From Octopus vulgaris (Eukaryota): a DNA stretch of 64,000 nt. The DNA lies in the NCBI GenBank assembly GCA_951406725.2, contig OX597829.1, positions 53,444,001 through 53,508,000 on the forward strand. The letters run 5' to 3'. Each line of letters begins with the position of its first letter. Position 1 is the stretch's first letter. Of the stretch, positions 42,600 to 57,966 are shown one piece after another. The notes below the pieces were generated by a model that did not search any database, was not told the DNA's origin, and saw only the letters and a list, made by a program, of their open reading frames with translations. The position numbers were made by a program, and so were the translations under genes.

Positions 42600-43342
42600 G
42601 CCATGTAAATATTGGAAAAGAGTTACCTGTATCACGAGGATTCACTCTGAGTATCAAAATGCTGACATCATGACTTTTGCTCAATGCGCTGTGAACACTG
42701 TAAAATGTGACATAGATCAGCTACAATGAAAACTATGAAGACGTGGCCAACAGGAATGGACATTGCAGGCATTTTAACTGCATCCACAAGCTGGAATTCA
42801 TCCTCACTTCGTTGAAGAAGGCCTCAGACTCAATTCAGACAATTATGTGAAGCTGCTGGAACTGATGTCAATCTGTAACTGGAGAGGGTGGGAGCTTCAA
42901 TGCACCAATCCTCTCCATGTGCGTGACAGCAGGCTTCATCTCCTTGCCATAACCCCAGAAAGAGTCAGAAGTGGTTGTCAGAGAATGTCTATGACCACCA
43001 ACCTCAATTTCTGGCTTCCTATTTCCCTAGTTGTAATCCCATGGATTGCTATATGAGGGGCATAGACCCCCAACTACACTGCTTGCAACACCATAACCAA
43101 GCTGGTGACTAACATTAAGATTTTTGAAGACCTTCCCAGTGAGGAGTGCATGTCCCAGGTTCTGCAGCATTTTGAGGCCGTAGTAGAAGCAGAGGGTGGC
43201 TATATTGAGTAAATTGTTATCTCCCAGCAATAATCTAGTTGATATTTTAAAAAATATTTTATAATATTATTTTTGGGGTGGGATATTTTGTTTTCGTTTC
43301 CTTTTATGCAAATTTTTTAATCTGGCTCAAACATCCTCTGTA
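42600..43342 (+). pseudogene. Decayed Tc1/mariner-superfamily transposase, probably maT (DD37D)
   Basis: Frameshifted fragments EEGLRLNSDNYVKLLE, QQ(A)SSPCH, KSQKWLSEN, FWLP/SCNPMDCY and EAVVEAEGGYIE* (ends 43212). Confidence 0.75.
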
Positions 43343-44502
43343 TATATACATAAACATACATATTCATATACATAAACACAGAGAACAATATATATATGTA
43401 CATACATTATGCATACATAATATATATATATATACAAATACACACAAACATATATAAATATATATATACATATGTATAAAACTAATAGTACCCCATGAAC
43501 ACTTCATGTTCATTTTGAAACTTGTAAAATGGAATCGTATATTTTTCAGAACAATTAGAACATTGAGATGATGTAAAATTTCATAAAATAATATTAAATG
43601 TGCAATCTCAAGGAACAGCACCTCAGAAACTTATTATATTAACATGTCTTCTACATTGTGAGTTTTTCTTTAAAAAAATGAAATAAAATCAAAGACATTA
43701 ACTATAATATTGTTTCACTATGTTTTGGTAAAGTTTTAACAAATGTTAAAATATGGTTATTTGAAAAACTATAAAAGCACTTTACCTTTCTCTCGTTAAT
43801 TTTACATTGTCTGTTGCCAGACATCTTTTATAAGTTTTGACACGGACAGTTGATTCATTAAAGCACCAGTGCTAACTGATGACTGTACATAAATATATAT
43901 ATATAATAAAATTAAAAACAAAACACTTTTTACTGTTCCATTCAATAAACATATTCTATTCTCTCTCTTCCTCATCTTCCCTCTCACTCACTCTCTCCTT
44001 TCACCTCTTTCAAATATACATCTCTCCTGGATTAAATATTCCTTCCTTTCTCTCTACCTCTTCCTTCAATTATATAAACACATGCCGTAATAGGAATCCT
44101 TTCCTTCAAACTCTTACCACTGACCACCTTTAGCTCCCACTCTCTTCTATTTGTCTCCTCTTCCTTCAGCTAACAGCATCATACATTTCCCCCCTCAGTA
44201 TATTAATATACATCTTTCTCTACTTCACACCTCCTCCCTCTCTCTCACTCCACCTCCACTGCACTCTAACTAAAGCATAATGACTGAACGAACTCACAGA
44301 ATTATAATATAGACACATACATATATACATGAGCTTCCTGAAACAGCCGTGGAGTTGAATTGAATTTTTTCTTCCTATTTTTCTATATTTCCTTTGTTCT
44401 ATGTAAAAACTCGTGTGTATGTATCTCACGACTAATTGCATTTATCTGTATTCCTACCTCTTAATACATACACATGTGTGTGAATATATATATATATATA
44501 CT

Positions 44503-44690
44503 CTTTACTCTTACTTGTTTGTCATTTGACTGTGGCCATGCTGGAGCAAATCGACCCCCAGGACTTATTCCTTGTAAGCCTAGTACTTATTCTATTGGTC
44601 TCTTTTGCCGAATCTCTAAGTTACGGGGACGTAAAAACACCAGCATCAGTTGTCAAGCGATGTTGGGGAGACAAACACAGACACGCAAAC
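44503..44690 (-). mobile_element. SINE family A 3' half
   Basis: Matches the 3' half of 58943-59333. Confidence 0.75.
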
Positions 44691-44694
44691 ACAC

Positions 44695-44725
<31 letters not shown>

Positions 44726-45316
44726 CATACACACATACATATACATATGTATATATATATATTTATAGACACACACACATATACATGTGTATATATATAT
44801 AAATATGTATACACAAAATGGACATTGTCCTATTCACAATACTTGGCATAAGGTACATATAAGTGTAGCCGAGTGAAACTGCCATATACCAAGTGGGCCG
44901 AGGGAAAAAGCACATGTATGAGCGGTGATATGAAATCTGGCCACATTGAAGAACAATCAGCTAAAGCAGAATGGCAGGTAAAAATACTAAATGAGGTAGG
45001 TACTTCAGCATGACTGTAGGTGCATGGATGAAACAAGTAGTAGAAAGACAAATAGATATATACATACAGATATACATATACGCTGTTTCACCCTTGATCG
45101 GTAGTTTGTGAGTTCAATTCCCACACCGTGCAGCATGTTGTGTTCTTGAGCAAAACACATTATTTCATTTTGCTCTAGTCACCTTTTTTGATCAGGGTGA
45201 AATGTTGGCCTGATTGCCTAGCCAGCTGTGTGGAGACATTCAAAGGCGAAAATGATACATAGCACATTGTGACCAGCGAGGTGTAACAACATCTGATAGT
45301 CTGATTGGTCATATGG

Positions 45317-45474
45317 ACTCACGGAGTGGTTGGCGTTAGGAAGGGCATCCAGCTGTAGAAACATTGCCAGATAAGACTGGAGCCTGGTGCGGCCTTCTGG
45401 CTTCCCAGATCCCCGGTCGAACCGTCCAACCCATGCTAGCATGGAGAACGGACGTTAAACAATGATGATGATGA
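45317..45474 (+). mobile_element. Family B repeat
   Basis: Near-identical reverse complement of 31306-31460. Confidence 0.8.
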
Positions 45475-45501
45475 TATATACACATACACACAATAAATGT
45501 G

Positions 45502-45536
<35 letters not shown>

Positions 45537-46460
45537 CACATTCACACATATTATACATATATATATATACATACGCATACATATATACATGAGCTTCCTG
45601 AAACAATCGTCAAGTTAGGAAATCAACAATTTTCTTTCTATTTTTCTGTGTATTTCCTTTGCTTGGCCCTGCACTCTTCAAAATAACACCAAAACACATT
45701 AAAATAAAAACAGACCCCATAGAGTTCAAGAAGTTTTTGGACAAATTCCTTCAAGAAATCTCAGATGACACTGATTTGAATGGCATATATATAGATACAT
45801 ACATACATACATACATGCATATGTACATATAAATATAGGCACAGACGTGTCTTTGTAGTAAGGAGCTTGCTTCCCAACTAGGATTCCAGGTTCACTCCTA
45901 TACCAAGGCATCTTGGCAACACCTGTCATATATATTGATGTAAGAACTTACTATAGTAAAGGATATATATATATATATCTGTACATATATCTCTATATAT
46001 CTATATCTACATGCATGTACATATATATGTGTGTGTGTGTATACATATCTATAAAAATCAGGCTCTTTAGGAGAATATTACAAAGCTGTATCCCCTAAAA
46101 CCTAGGCTTGTGGAAACTAGTTCCGAAGTGCAATGATATTGCTGGGATCTTTGGCACTGTGCAGTGTCGACCTGTTGTGGCATTTGTGTAGCTTTCAAAG
46201 ACCAAAATTTGTCACAATGCCTTCCGGAATCTTCCAGTTCTATATTACTGCATACCTCACTCGCCTTCCCTCCGGGGAGTAGAGTCTTAGCTATTTCAGC
46301 CTTTCCCGGTAGCTGAGCTGTTGCAATGAGACAATCTTCTTTGTTAACCTGCACTGGATTACTTCAAAGTCTGCTGTTAATTTTCTACTATTGGGTGACC
46401 ATAGCGGGGTCTATATGTGTATATATATATATAGATATACAGATATGTATATATAGATAA

Positions 46461-46497
<37 letters not shown>

Positions 46498-46654
46498 CAT
46501 TTATATGGCACATAAAAACCACCATTCGAGCATGGTCACTGCCAGGTGCAGCCTTCTGGCTTGCCAGCGATCATCCAAGCCATGCCATCATGGAAAACAG
46601 ACATTAACCGACAATGGTGATGTTGAACATATAAATATATACATACACACACAC

Positions 46655-46689
<35 letters not shown>

Positions 46690-47234
46690 TATATACATAC
46701 ATATATACATACATATATATATACATATATATATATACATACATATATATATATACATACATACATATATATATAGATACATATACATATATATATTTAT
46801 ATATAAATAACAAATGAAAGACACAAGATGGAATATATGATAATATTTTATTAATCACAGCTATTGTTTCGACACATCTAGCATCAACTCCTCTTGTGGG
46901 ACACAACAACTGGTTCAGGGGTATCCAGTGGTGCAGATGTATCGCATCGTGTGATAAGTAAGTAAACAAACATCGTTAAAATGAACTGTTCCATAATGCA
47001 ATATACATAAATATATATATAGTAATAATATAAAATATATCATGATGATGTATATATGCATAGAACAGTGGGAGAAGGTATACATATATAAACATACATT
47101 TATATACATATACATATATATAGAGAGATGTACTTGCATAGCGTGTGACATGATCTGGGATCGTGTGCTGGAACGAAAACAATTGCAGCGTGGAAGGTGT
47201 TCACAGGCCATTTAAGAAACACACAAAACCATTA

Positions 47235-47405
47235 GATTCCCTTCAACATTTAAATTTAATTTGTCCAAATATTTTCCTCGCTTTCAGACCGCGACCTGTT
47301 CACTGACAAAATTTCATGCAGCACGAAGTTTTGTCAGTGAACAGGTCGCGGTCTGAAAGCGAGGAAAATATTTGGACAAATTAAATTTAAATGTTGAAGG
47401 GAATC
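47235..47405. repeat. Perfect inverted repeat with 77-bp arms
   Basis: 47235-47311 is the exact reverse complement of 47329-47405. Confidence 0.95.
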
Positions 47406-49675
<2,270 letters not shown>

Positions 49676-51892
49676 TTAGGGCGTTGTAAACGTGACCAAG
49701 AACGATCATCACTGATGATTGTCCATGGAAGATGTCAACAATGCACGTGCAAAAGTCTAGACACTACAAGGTTTGCTTCATATTTCCATAGTCACTGTGA
49801 TATGACCGAGAGACACGCTGGCTCAAGACATCTGGTGCGAATACGGCTCACTGATTCTAGGATGTTGGAAAAGACTATCAGAAGCAGAAATAAAACATCC
49901 TTAAAATGTCTTTGGCTTTATATCAGTGACCATTTTCCTTCAGTCCATAATTTAAGGAAAGGGAATGGGACATCTGCTTCCCAGTGGTCTTTCAGCATGC
50001 CAGATCCCAGACCAGGATTTCTGAAGGCCCATACACAAATACGCACACTCATATACAGAAACCATTGGCAGATGTGGAGAATCACGGCGTATTACTGAAC
50101 AGTTTAATGTAGCGTATAAAACGATCAATGGTTACGTGCAATACCGAAACGAATAACAAGTATTGTTTATTTATTATTTTGAAATAAACAAAATATTTAG
50201 GTAACTTGGGAATTTAAAGGTAAAGAGGCAAAAAACTATAACATGTAATAGAGTATAAAAGGCAGTAGAAATTTGGAAAACGCGCAATTTTGTTGCTGTC
50301 GCCGTTACTACAGATATTGGAAAATGTAACTAAATACATTATCTCGAGTAACACATTCTTTTAAATTTTCTTTCACGCACTTCAATATTTTGCGCGTTGT
50401 GTGAATCTTCTTCATATCTAAGATCGACGAAATTTTCAATAAAAAAACTGTATATTCATAAATACCACCCCGCCTCGTCGATCCAGATGATTCACTCACA
50501 GAATATTGAATGTTTAAGGAATTGCATGTAAAAGATATTTAAAAGAATGTGTGGAACTCAGGATGCCTCAATTACATATTTTCGAATTTCTGTGGATTTA
50601 CGAAATTTAGAAACAGCCAGGAAATTACACCTTTTTCCAAATTTCTGCTGAATCTTATGCCTCTTTGTTGTAATTAAATAAATCTAAATTGCCTAATTAT
50701 CTTTTTTCTTGTGATAAACAGTTTTAAAACGAACTGAAAAGCATTGCTTTTTATACACTACAAGTCTATTTTATTAATACTGTTTCAAATTAAATGGGGT
50801 TTTTTTCTTCGTAAAATGCAAAATATGTGGTCTTTCGTTTCGGTCATTTCACGTAACTGTTTATGAATTTTATACATTCCCCATGTATTTAACACGCCAT
50901 GCTTCTCGACTATTAGCAAAGCCAAGCCTTTGCCGAACAATAGTACCGTTATATCTGTGCGTCTACACACGCACATACACACACACACACACGCACGCAC
51001 ACACATAATGGCGACCAGCAAAGTGAAAGAAAGTAGAATGAATGAAAATGAAAGAAAATACTTTATCATTAAAGATCAGCATTCGATGAATGATGTGAAA
51101 TACGTCATGTTATGTTTATGAAAACGAGAAACCGTTCTCACAAGTTAAAAATATTATCTTTAATTTCTATATCCAGAGGGGGATATTTACTTTTGGCGAA
51201 ACTAGCGAGTTCCTATGCAAGTTCCTACGATCGACGAATACGAAGACTAGTTTATTCCGTGAAGACGGTTCGCCAGTTGTTTTCCTTTCACTTTGTTATC
51301 CGCCATTATATGTACCTAAAGCAAAAGATCGCTACACACATATACGCATATGTTGCTAATAACCAACAGGAGAAGAATTTATTCCTTATACGTTACAGAC
51401 TACAATTTATATTCAATTCGGCTGATACAAAGAATCAAACAGCGCTTACTGTAATTTATATCGTATGTATATTATATATATATATATACATACGATTATA
51501 TACATGCACACACGCGTACATGTGCATTATGTATGTATATATATATATATACATACACACATATATACACTTATATATATATTATGAGTGTTACACACAG
51601 ATATATGAATATATCTTGTGGGGTCAATAAAAGAGAGAGTGCGTAAACAAAAAGGATAAAAAGCTGGTGTCAAGAGGGTCGGAAAGCACATACGTAAGAG
51701 TGCTTAGCTCTCTCATATGGCGCGTGTAAAGCCGTGACACACTCCACTGTAGACCGCCGCACACCCCCACAATGCGCGGCATGGCAAGAGAAAAAAAAAG
51801 GATCACGTTTCAACTAATGCATTACTCTTAGTTTAATAAGCAAATGTGATTAATTATGACGTTACTTAAAATGAGTAAATCAAATAGTTACT

Positions 51893-51924
<32 letters not shown>

Positions 51925-52269
51925 GGAGCAAGTAAAAGTACAAAAAAATAAAAGTGAAGGCTAGAAGGAATTGAATGAGAGAAAAGAATGAGTAAGAGAG
52001 GCGACCGTCTTACTCATTTCTGCAAGTGTAAAACAAAAGGGTGGGGATTAGAGAGAGTATGGGTTGAATGAAAAGGGAAAAAAAGGCGGATAATGACATA
52101 AAGGAGAAGGAAAGAGTGAAAAAGTATGGAATAAAATACGATAAGAAAAGGAGTGTAGATAGAAAAAGAATATTAGACAGAAAGATAAATAGTGTTGAAG
52201 GAAAATAAAATTAGTGAAAGTGACAAAGATAGTTTAAGCTGTGTGAAAGATAGATAATAGTAACAGAAA

Positions 52270-52665
52270 GAGAGATAGACAGCTAGTAAGAGACAGAGAC
52301 AGAGAGACGGCTAGTTTAGAGAGAGAGAGAGAGAAAGAAGAGAGAGACGGCTAGTTAGAGACAGAGAGAGAGAGACGGCTAGTAAGAGAGAAAGAGAGAC
52401 GGCTAGTTAAGGACAGAGAGAGAGACGGCTAGTAAGAGAGAAAGAGAGACGGCTAGTTAGAGACAGAGAGAAAGACGGCTAGTAAGAGAGAAAGAGAGAG
52501 AGAGAGACGGCTAGTTAGAGACAGAGAGAAAGACGGCTAGTAAGAGAGAAAGAGAGAGAGAGAGACGGCTAGTTAGAGACAGAGAGAGAAATACGGCTAG
52601 TTAGAGACAGAGAGAGACAGAGAGACGGCTAGTTTAGAGACAGGGAGAGACGGCTAGTTAGAGAG
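52270..52665 (+). repeat. Purine-rich minisatellite, core GAGACGGCTAGT(T/A), about 14 copies spaced 24-40 nt
   Basis: Conserved core separated by variable (AG)n spacers. Confidence 0.9.
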
Positions 52666-53224
52666 GAACAAAAAAAAGAGGAGGGATTAAAATGAGATCG
52701 TAGAGAGAACGGGGTAAGAGAAAAAAAAAGTGTTAAGGTGAAAGAGATTTCTTTTGTATTAGAAGGAATACAGAAATCTTGATTTTGAATTGAGACATTA
52801 AAGTGATGAGGTGAGGCGAATAATAAGATAAAATAAAATAAAGTAAAATAGGGAGTCCAGAATAAGAATAAAAAGCAGACACGAACACCATTTGTGTGCA
52901 GTGAACCAGTCAATGGAGAGATACCGGTTGGGAGAAGGGAAATACAAAAGAAATTCGTGTTGAGTAATAAGCAGTTCACCAGGACAATGAAATAATAATA
53001 ATAATAATAGTAATAATAATAATAAAGTTAATAATGGTAATCGAAAGTATTAGTCAAATACGGGTGTATATACGGGTGTATATGAGACAACAATTCTCTA
53101 ATAGGATATAAATTTTTTTCTCTTTTTCTGATATTGCGTGTGAGTGCTTGTTTTCTAACGTCTGTCTTTGCAGGCATGAAATATATCAAATTGCCCGCAT
53201 GTGTGCGTGCGCGTCTGCAAATAT

Positions 53225-53661
53225 ACATGTATATATATACGTACATATAGAATATATATACATACATATAATATATATACATACATATAATATATATACA
53301 TACATATAATATATATACATACATATAATATATATACATACATAATATATATACATACATATATAATATATATATATACATACATATATAATATATATAT
53401 ATATACATACATATATAATATATATACATATATATACATACATATATAATATATATATACATACATATATTATATATATACACATACATACATATATTAT
53501 ATACACATACATATAATTACTCTTTTACTTGTTTCAGTCATTTGATTGCGGTCATGCTGGAGGACCGCCTTCATATATATATATATATATACATACACAC
53601 ATATATATACATACACATATAATACATACATATATACATGCACACACGCGTACATGTGTAT

Positions 53662-53703
<42 letters not shown>

Positions 53704-53718
53704 ATTTATATTACACGT

Positions 53719-53763
<45 letters not shown>

Positions 53764-53912
53764 TGTATAAATAAATATGTAATTTACATATATAGACACA
53801 GACAGATATTAATCGGGAGAAAGTTATATCGTTCAAACTTGATAAGTGTCATACACAAAATCTCTGGGGTTGAGTCACTCTTGTGTAACTTTCTGCTGAT
53901 TAAAAAATACAT

Positions 53913-53951
<39 letters not shown>

Positions 53952-54140
53952 CATATATATATACATACATATATTATATATATATATACACATATATATA
54001 TTATATATATATATATACACATATATATATTATATATATATATACACATATGTATATATATATATATATATACACACACATATATATATATACACACACA
54101 TATATATATACACACACATACGTATATATATATACACACA
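53225..54140. repeat. (AT)n/(ATAC)n tracts with short tandem ATATATACATACATATA units
   Basis: Directly visible. Confidence 0.9.
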
Positions 54141-54852
54141 CTGATATATTGAGTTATATATCTCCCGTTCGAGACAGTACATGTGAATAATATACAAAAG
54201 CAACAAAATAAGAAAAAGAAAAACAATGGAAGTTAAAAAGAGAAAAAAAGAAAAAAAAAAGACGCCCCAGCATGGCCGCAGCTCGCAAGAAGCTGAAACT
54301 AATTAAAGAGTAATTGATGGATAAAAAACACAGGAATGATTATAAGAAATAAAAGTAACGGTAGGTGAGAAAAATCATTAAAAAACTTTGGTTTCTTTTG
54401 GAGAAGAATAATAATAGTACATTGATGAGAAAAATGAATGTAACGCGCTTTTCTCTGCTCATGTTTGCAATATTGAAAGTAGTTGAGAGAGTTGCGCACC
54501 AAAGACAGATTGATCAAAGTCAGAGAAATCAGTCTACAATTAAGAAATGAGCTTTGTACAAAGTTTACCTTTTAATTGTGATATCATTCGAAACCGGTTC
54601 TTATCGTCTGGAAAAAGCTTAAGAAGGAAATGTTTCCTCTTGAAAAAGCTTAGAAACGAGTGAGATCTGACGCAGAGAGAAGTCTTTGTTAAAAGATCAG
54701 AAAATAAATGAATTATGAAACGTTCACGAAATCTCCACAATTAACAGAAAAGAAAGAAACTGCTTTCAATGTATGGAAGTAACAACATAGATCTAGATAA
54801 AAATGTTTTTATACGAGTAGAGAAATATATTAGATAACGGTAATATATATAC

Positions 54853-55060
54853 CTGAGTGTAATTGTTTCAGCTGAAAAGGAATTGTCCGCATCCGCCGCT
54901 AAAGGTACGTTCCTAAACGCAGGTCACACAAGGCTGAACTGATAATCTATGGTAACCCGACACAGACATAATCCACCACTAACGGTATTTTCCATAAATT
55001 TTCCGATCTCAGCGCTGGTTGGTCAAAAAGCATTCATTAAAGATGCGAAATATATTCAAT
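54853..55060 (-). other. Candidate non-coding first exon of the SLC6 gene (5' limit unknown)
   Basis: CAG|GTATAT donor at 54852 within the CpG-rich domain; the exon at 15319 has an acceptor and so needs an upstream exon. Confidence 0.3.
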
Positions 55061-55714
55061 GAAATCGAGTCTAGAGTTTTTACATAAATAATTCACAATA
55101 CTCACATGTGATTTTATATAATATTCTACGCAATAATTAAATATAACGTTTTTTTCCTCAATTTCTTTTCTAAACTATTTCATCTCAACTTTGGAATAAA
55201 CTGAACAAAAAGGAAAATGTTAATTATGTCTTTATTTTAGTAAAAGGTTATATATATATACAGGCGCAATTTCTCGGTTACTGGAAAATACTAAAAATAA
55301 TTTTTTTTTTAAAATCTGAACTTATGTGGAAAAATATTTCCATTGAATAAGGAGCCACACTTAAAAACAAATTGCTTTTATTAGATTTGCCAAACATAAA
55401 CATTGCCATTTAATTCATGATTTCTTCTTTAGGCAAAGTAATTACCTTACATAATGTTCATGCCGTTCTCAAGGGTATTATTAAACATCTTCGAGACGCA
55501 CTTAACATCATACGAAAAATTGGCGGCGCACTGGAAAGGAAATTGAAAAACAAAAACAAATAAAACACAAAAGTTAAAAATTTATAATTTTTTTACAGCA
55601 AATTAATGTTTATCTTGTTTTATTCACCATACACGTGTATCACAAAAATTATGGGCTAACACGTTTTTCAACACGTTGGATACTCTAGTTTTGAATTATA
55701 ATTTTCATCCATCT

Positions 55715-56002
55715 AATAATGAATGAATGAATGAATGAAAGAATGGAAAAATAGATAGATAACTAAATAAATAAATAAATAAATAAATAGATAAATAAAT
55801 AAATAGATAAATAAATAAATAAATAAGTAAATAAATAAATAAATGAATAGATAGATAAATAAATAAATAAGTAAATAAATAAATAGCTGGATGGTTGGAT
55901 GACTGAATGGATGGATGGTTGGACGGGTGGATGGATGGATAGACGGACCGACGGATGGACGGGTGGATGGACGGATGGACGGGCAGACAGATTGATGGAT
56001 GA
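55715..56002. repeat. Compound tetranucleotide microsatellite (GAAT)(AAAT/AGAT)(GGAT/GGAC)
   Basis: Directly visible. Confidence 0.9.
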
Positions 56003-56843
56003 ATCATGTTTCACTTATCGATCACTTTCTCTCCTATTCTTTTTGTCTTGTGGCCTGTCTAATCTTACAACTTTCAAGAAGACCAGTTAGTGCTGGTGCC
56101 CCAATAAAGTTCACCCAGTACACTCTGGTATTAGGAAGATTATCCAACCATAAAAAAAAAGGGAATCACTTTCACACTAATCCTTGAAACTATTCCATTC
56201 CCACCCCTACCTTTTGTCTGTTCCATTATTCCACCAATACTGTTCCTTTGTTATTCTCTCTACCAATGACTCCTCTATCAACCCTGTCCATACCACAATA
56301 CTTTAATTTTTTCGGCACCTCACCTAAAGTCACCAGTCTCTTTTCTATTCTGCATTTCAGTTAGTTGGGGCTCTTTCATCTTTTGAGTTACAAAGCAACC
56401 TCACTGGTGCTGGTGCCGCCACATGAAAGTACTTTATAAAGTAGTTGATGAAAAATTAATAAAATAGAAACAACACAGAATCAAGAGGAGTCTTTAGGCT
56501 TGCTGAGGACATTCCAAGAATTCAAAAAAAAATTTTTTTTTAAACAGAATAACACTGATTGCCTTTAGCATATAATAGAACAAGGGAAGAATGCAAACAA
56601 CTAAACTAAATAACTACTATTTTTATATGCTATATCATTATACCACCAACAGTAATTAAACGGTCATCTATATATATATATATATTAAGATAGGGGTTGC
56701 AAATTCAACCCTCCATGGGATAACATATATCCTTTTATGTTTAACCTTAATGTTCTTATGTAGTGGTTTAATAAAGTATGTGATTGGGTATTATCTGGTA
56801 GTTGATTAATGATTTAGATGTATTTCTCCATTTTCTTATTTTG

Positions 56844-56874
<31 letters not shown>

Positions 56875-56959
56875 CGGAGTAAACACATAAATGTGAAACA
56901 AGGTGGAAAAAAAAGAGTACTCAAATACCAGTGGTAGAGTAATATGCTTTATTAAAAAA

Positions 56960-56997
56960 CTGTCTGATGAACGGCAACGAGAAACTCAGAGTAACAG
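56960..56997 (+). ncRNA. Minimal type I hammerhead ribozyme-like motif (Penelope-type), possibly inactive
   Basis: CTGT-CTGATGA-aCGgcaaCGa-GAAAC-TCAGA-GTA-ACAG: both core boxes, stem I CTGT/ACAG and near-palindromic stem III; stem II closing pair is A.A. Confidence 0.6.
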
Positions 56998-57029
56998 ATT
57001 TTGTTGAATTTTCTGCTGCTTTAAAAAAA

Positions 57030-57067
<38 letters not shown>

Positions 57068-57069
57068 TC

Positions 57070-57315
57070 ACACAGACACATGTCTTTGTGTCTGTATCAT
57101 GTTTGTGCTCCACTCCCACATGACAAGCAATGTTAGGTTCTTTATGTCCCTATGACTTAGTGGTTCAGCAAAAAAGAATCTGATAGAATAAATACCAGAC
57201 TTTGAAACATAAGCAGTGAGATTAATTTGTTCAACTAAAAAAAAAAAGAAACCTTAAAGACAGTGCCCCAGCATGGCTGCCATCCAATGACTGAAACAAG
57301 TAAATGATAAAAGAT
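57070..57315 (+). mobile_element. SINE family A 3' half
   Basis: ACTTAGTGGTTCAGCAAAA...CCCAGCATGGCTGC...ATGACTGAAACAAGTAAA. Confidence 0.7.
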
Positions 57316-57394
57316 GAAAGATAAGGGGCCACTTGAATGGTTATCACAATCACCAGACCTCACCTTGATGGACTTGTTTCATATTCTTTTATTC

Positions 57395-57966
57395 TTTAAT
57401 TTGTTTCAGTCATTTGACTGTGGCCATGCTGGAGTACTGCCTTTAGTTGAACAAATTGACCCTTGGACATATTCTTTGTAAGCCTAGTACTCATTCTATT
57501 GCTCTCTTTTGCTGAACTGCTAGATACAGGGATGTAAACAAACCAACACCGATTGCCAAGCGATGGTGGGGTGGGGGACAAAACAGACACACAAATACAC
57601 ACACACACATATAATGGGTTTCTTTGAGCTTCTATCTACCAAATCTATTTGTAAGGCTTTGGTTGGCCCAAGGCTATAGCAGAAGACACTTGCCCAAGTG
57701 GGACTAAACCTGGACCCATGTGGTTGAGAAACAAGCTTCTTATTTCTTTATTGCCCACAAGGGGCTAAACATAGAGGGGACAAACAAGGACAGACAAACG
57801 GATTAAGTCGATTACATCGACCCCAGTGCGTAACTGGTACTTAATTTATTGACCCCGAAAGAATGAAAGGCAAAGTCGGCCTTGGTGGAATTTGAACTCA
57901 ACGTAACAGCAGACAAAATACCAGCTCGCTGCCCTACCACAAGCTTCTTACCACACAGCCACTCCT
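57395..57966 (-). mobile_element. SINE family A interrupted by a family C copy
   Basis: Family A sequence at 57395-57742 and 57939-57966. Confidence 0.8.
57743..57938 (-). mobile_element. SINE family C inserted in a family A SINE with 12-bp TSD
   Basis: ACAAGCTTCTTA at 57731-57742 and 57939-57950; host SINE resumes on both sides. Confidence 0.88.

Larger units (their letters stand above)
49700..55700. promoter_or_regulatory. CpG-rich domain, putative unmethylated promoter / 5' regulatory region
   Basis: Unique sequence here is visibly rich in CG (e.g. 50281, 50470, 51720-51780, 54888-54900, 55520), whereas 1-37 kb is CG-poor. Judged by eye, not counted. Confidence 0.5.

Noticed and set aside
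46855-46900. Second hammerhead on the minus strand (TTGATGC...GAAAC)
   Set aside because: The core box has two substitutions and the stems do not close.
49715-50098. 127-aa ORF as a gene
   Set aside because: No recognisable domain or splice support; possibly a decayed LINE on the other strand.
52270-52665. CRISPR array
   Set aside because: Spacers are low-complexity AG, the context is eukaryotic and there are no cas genes.
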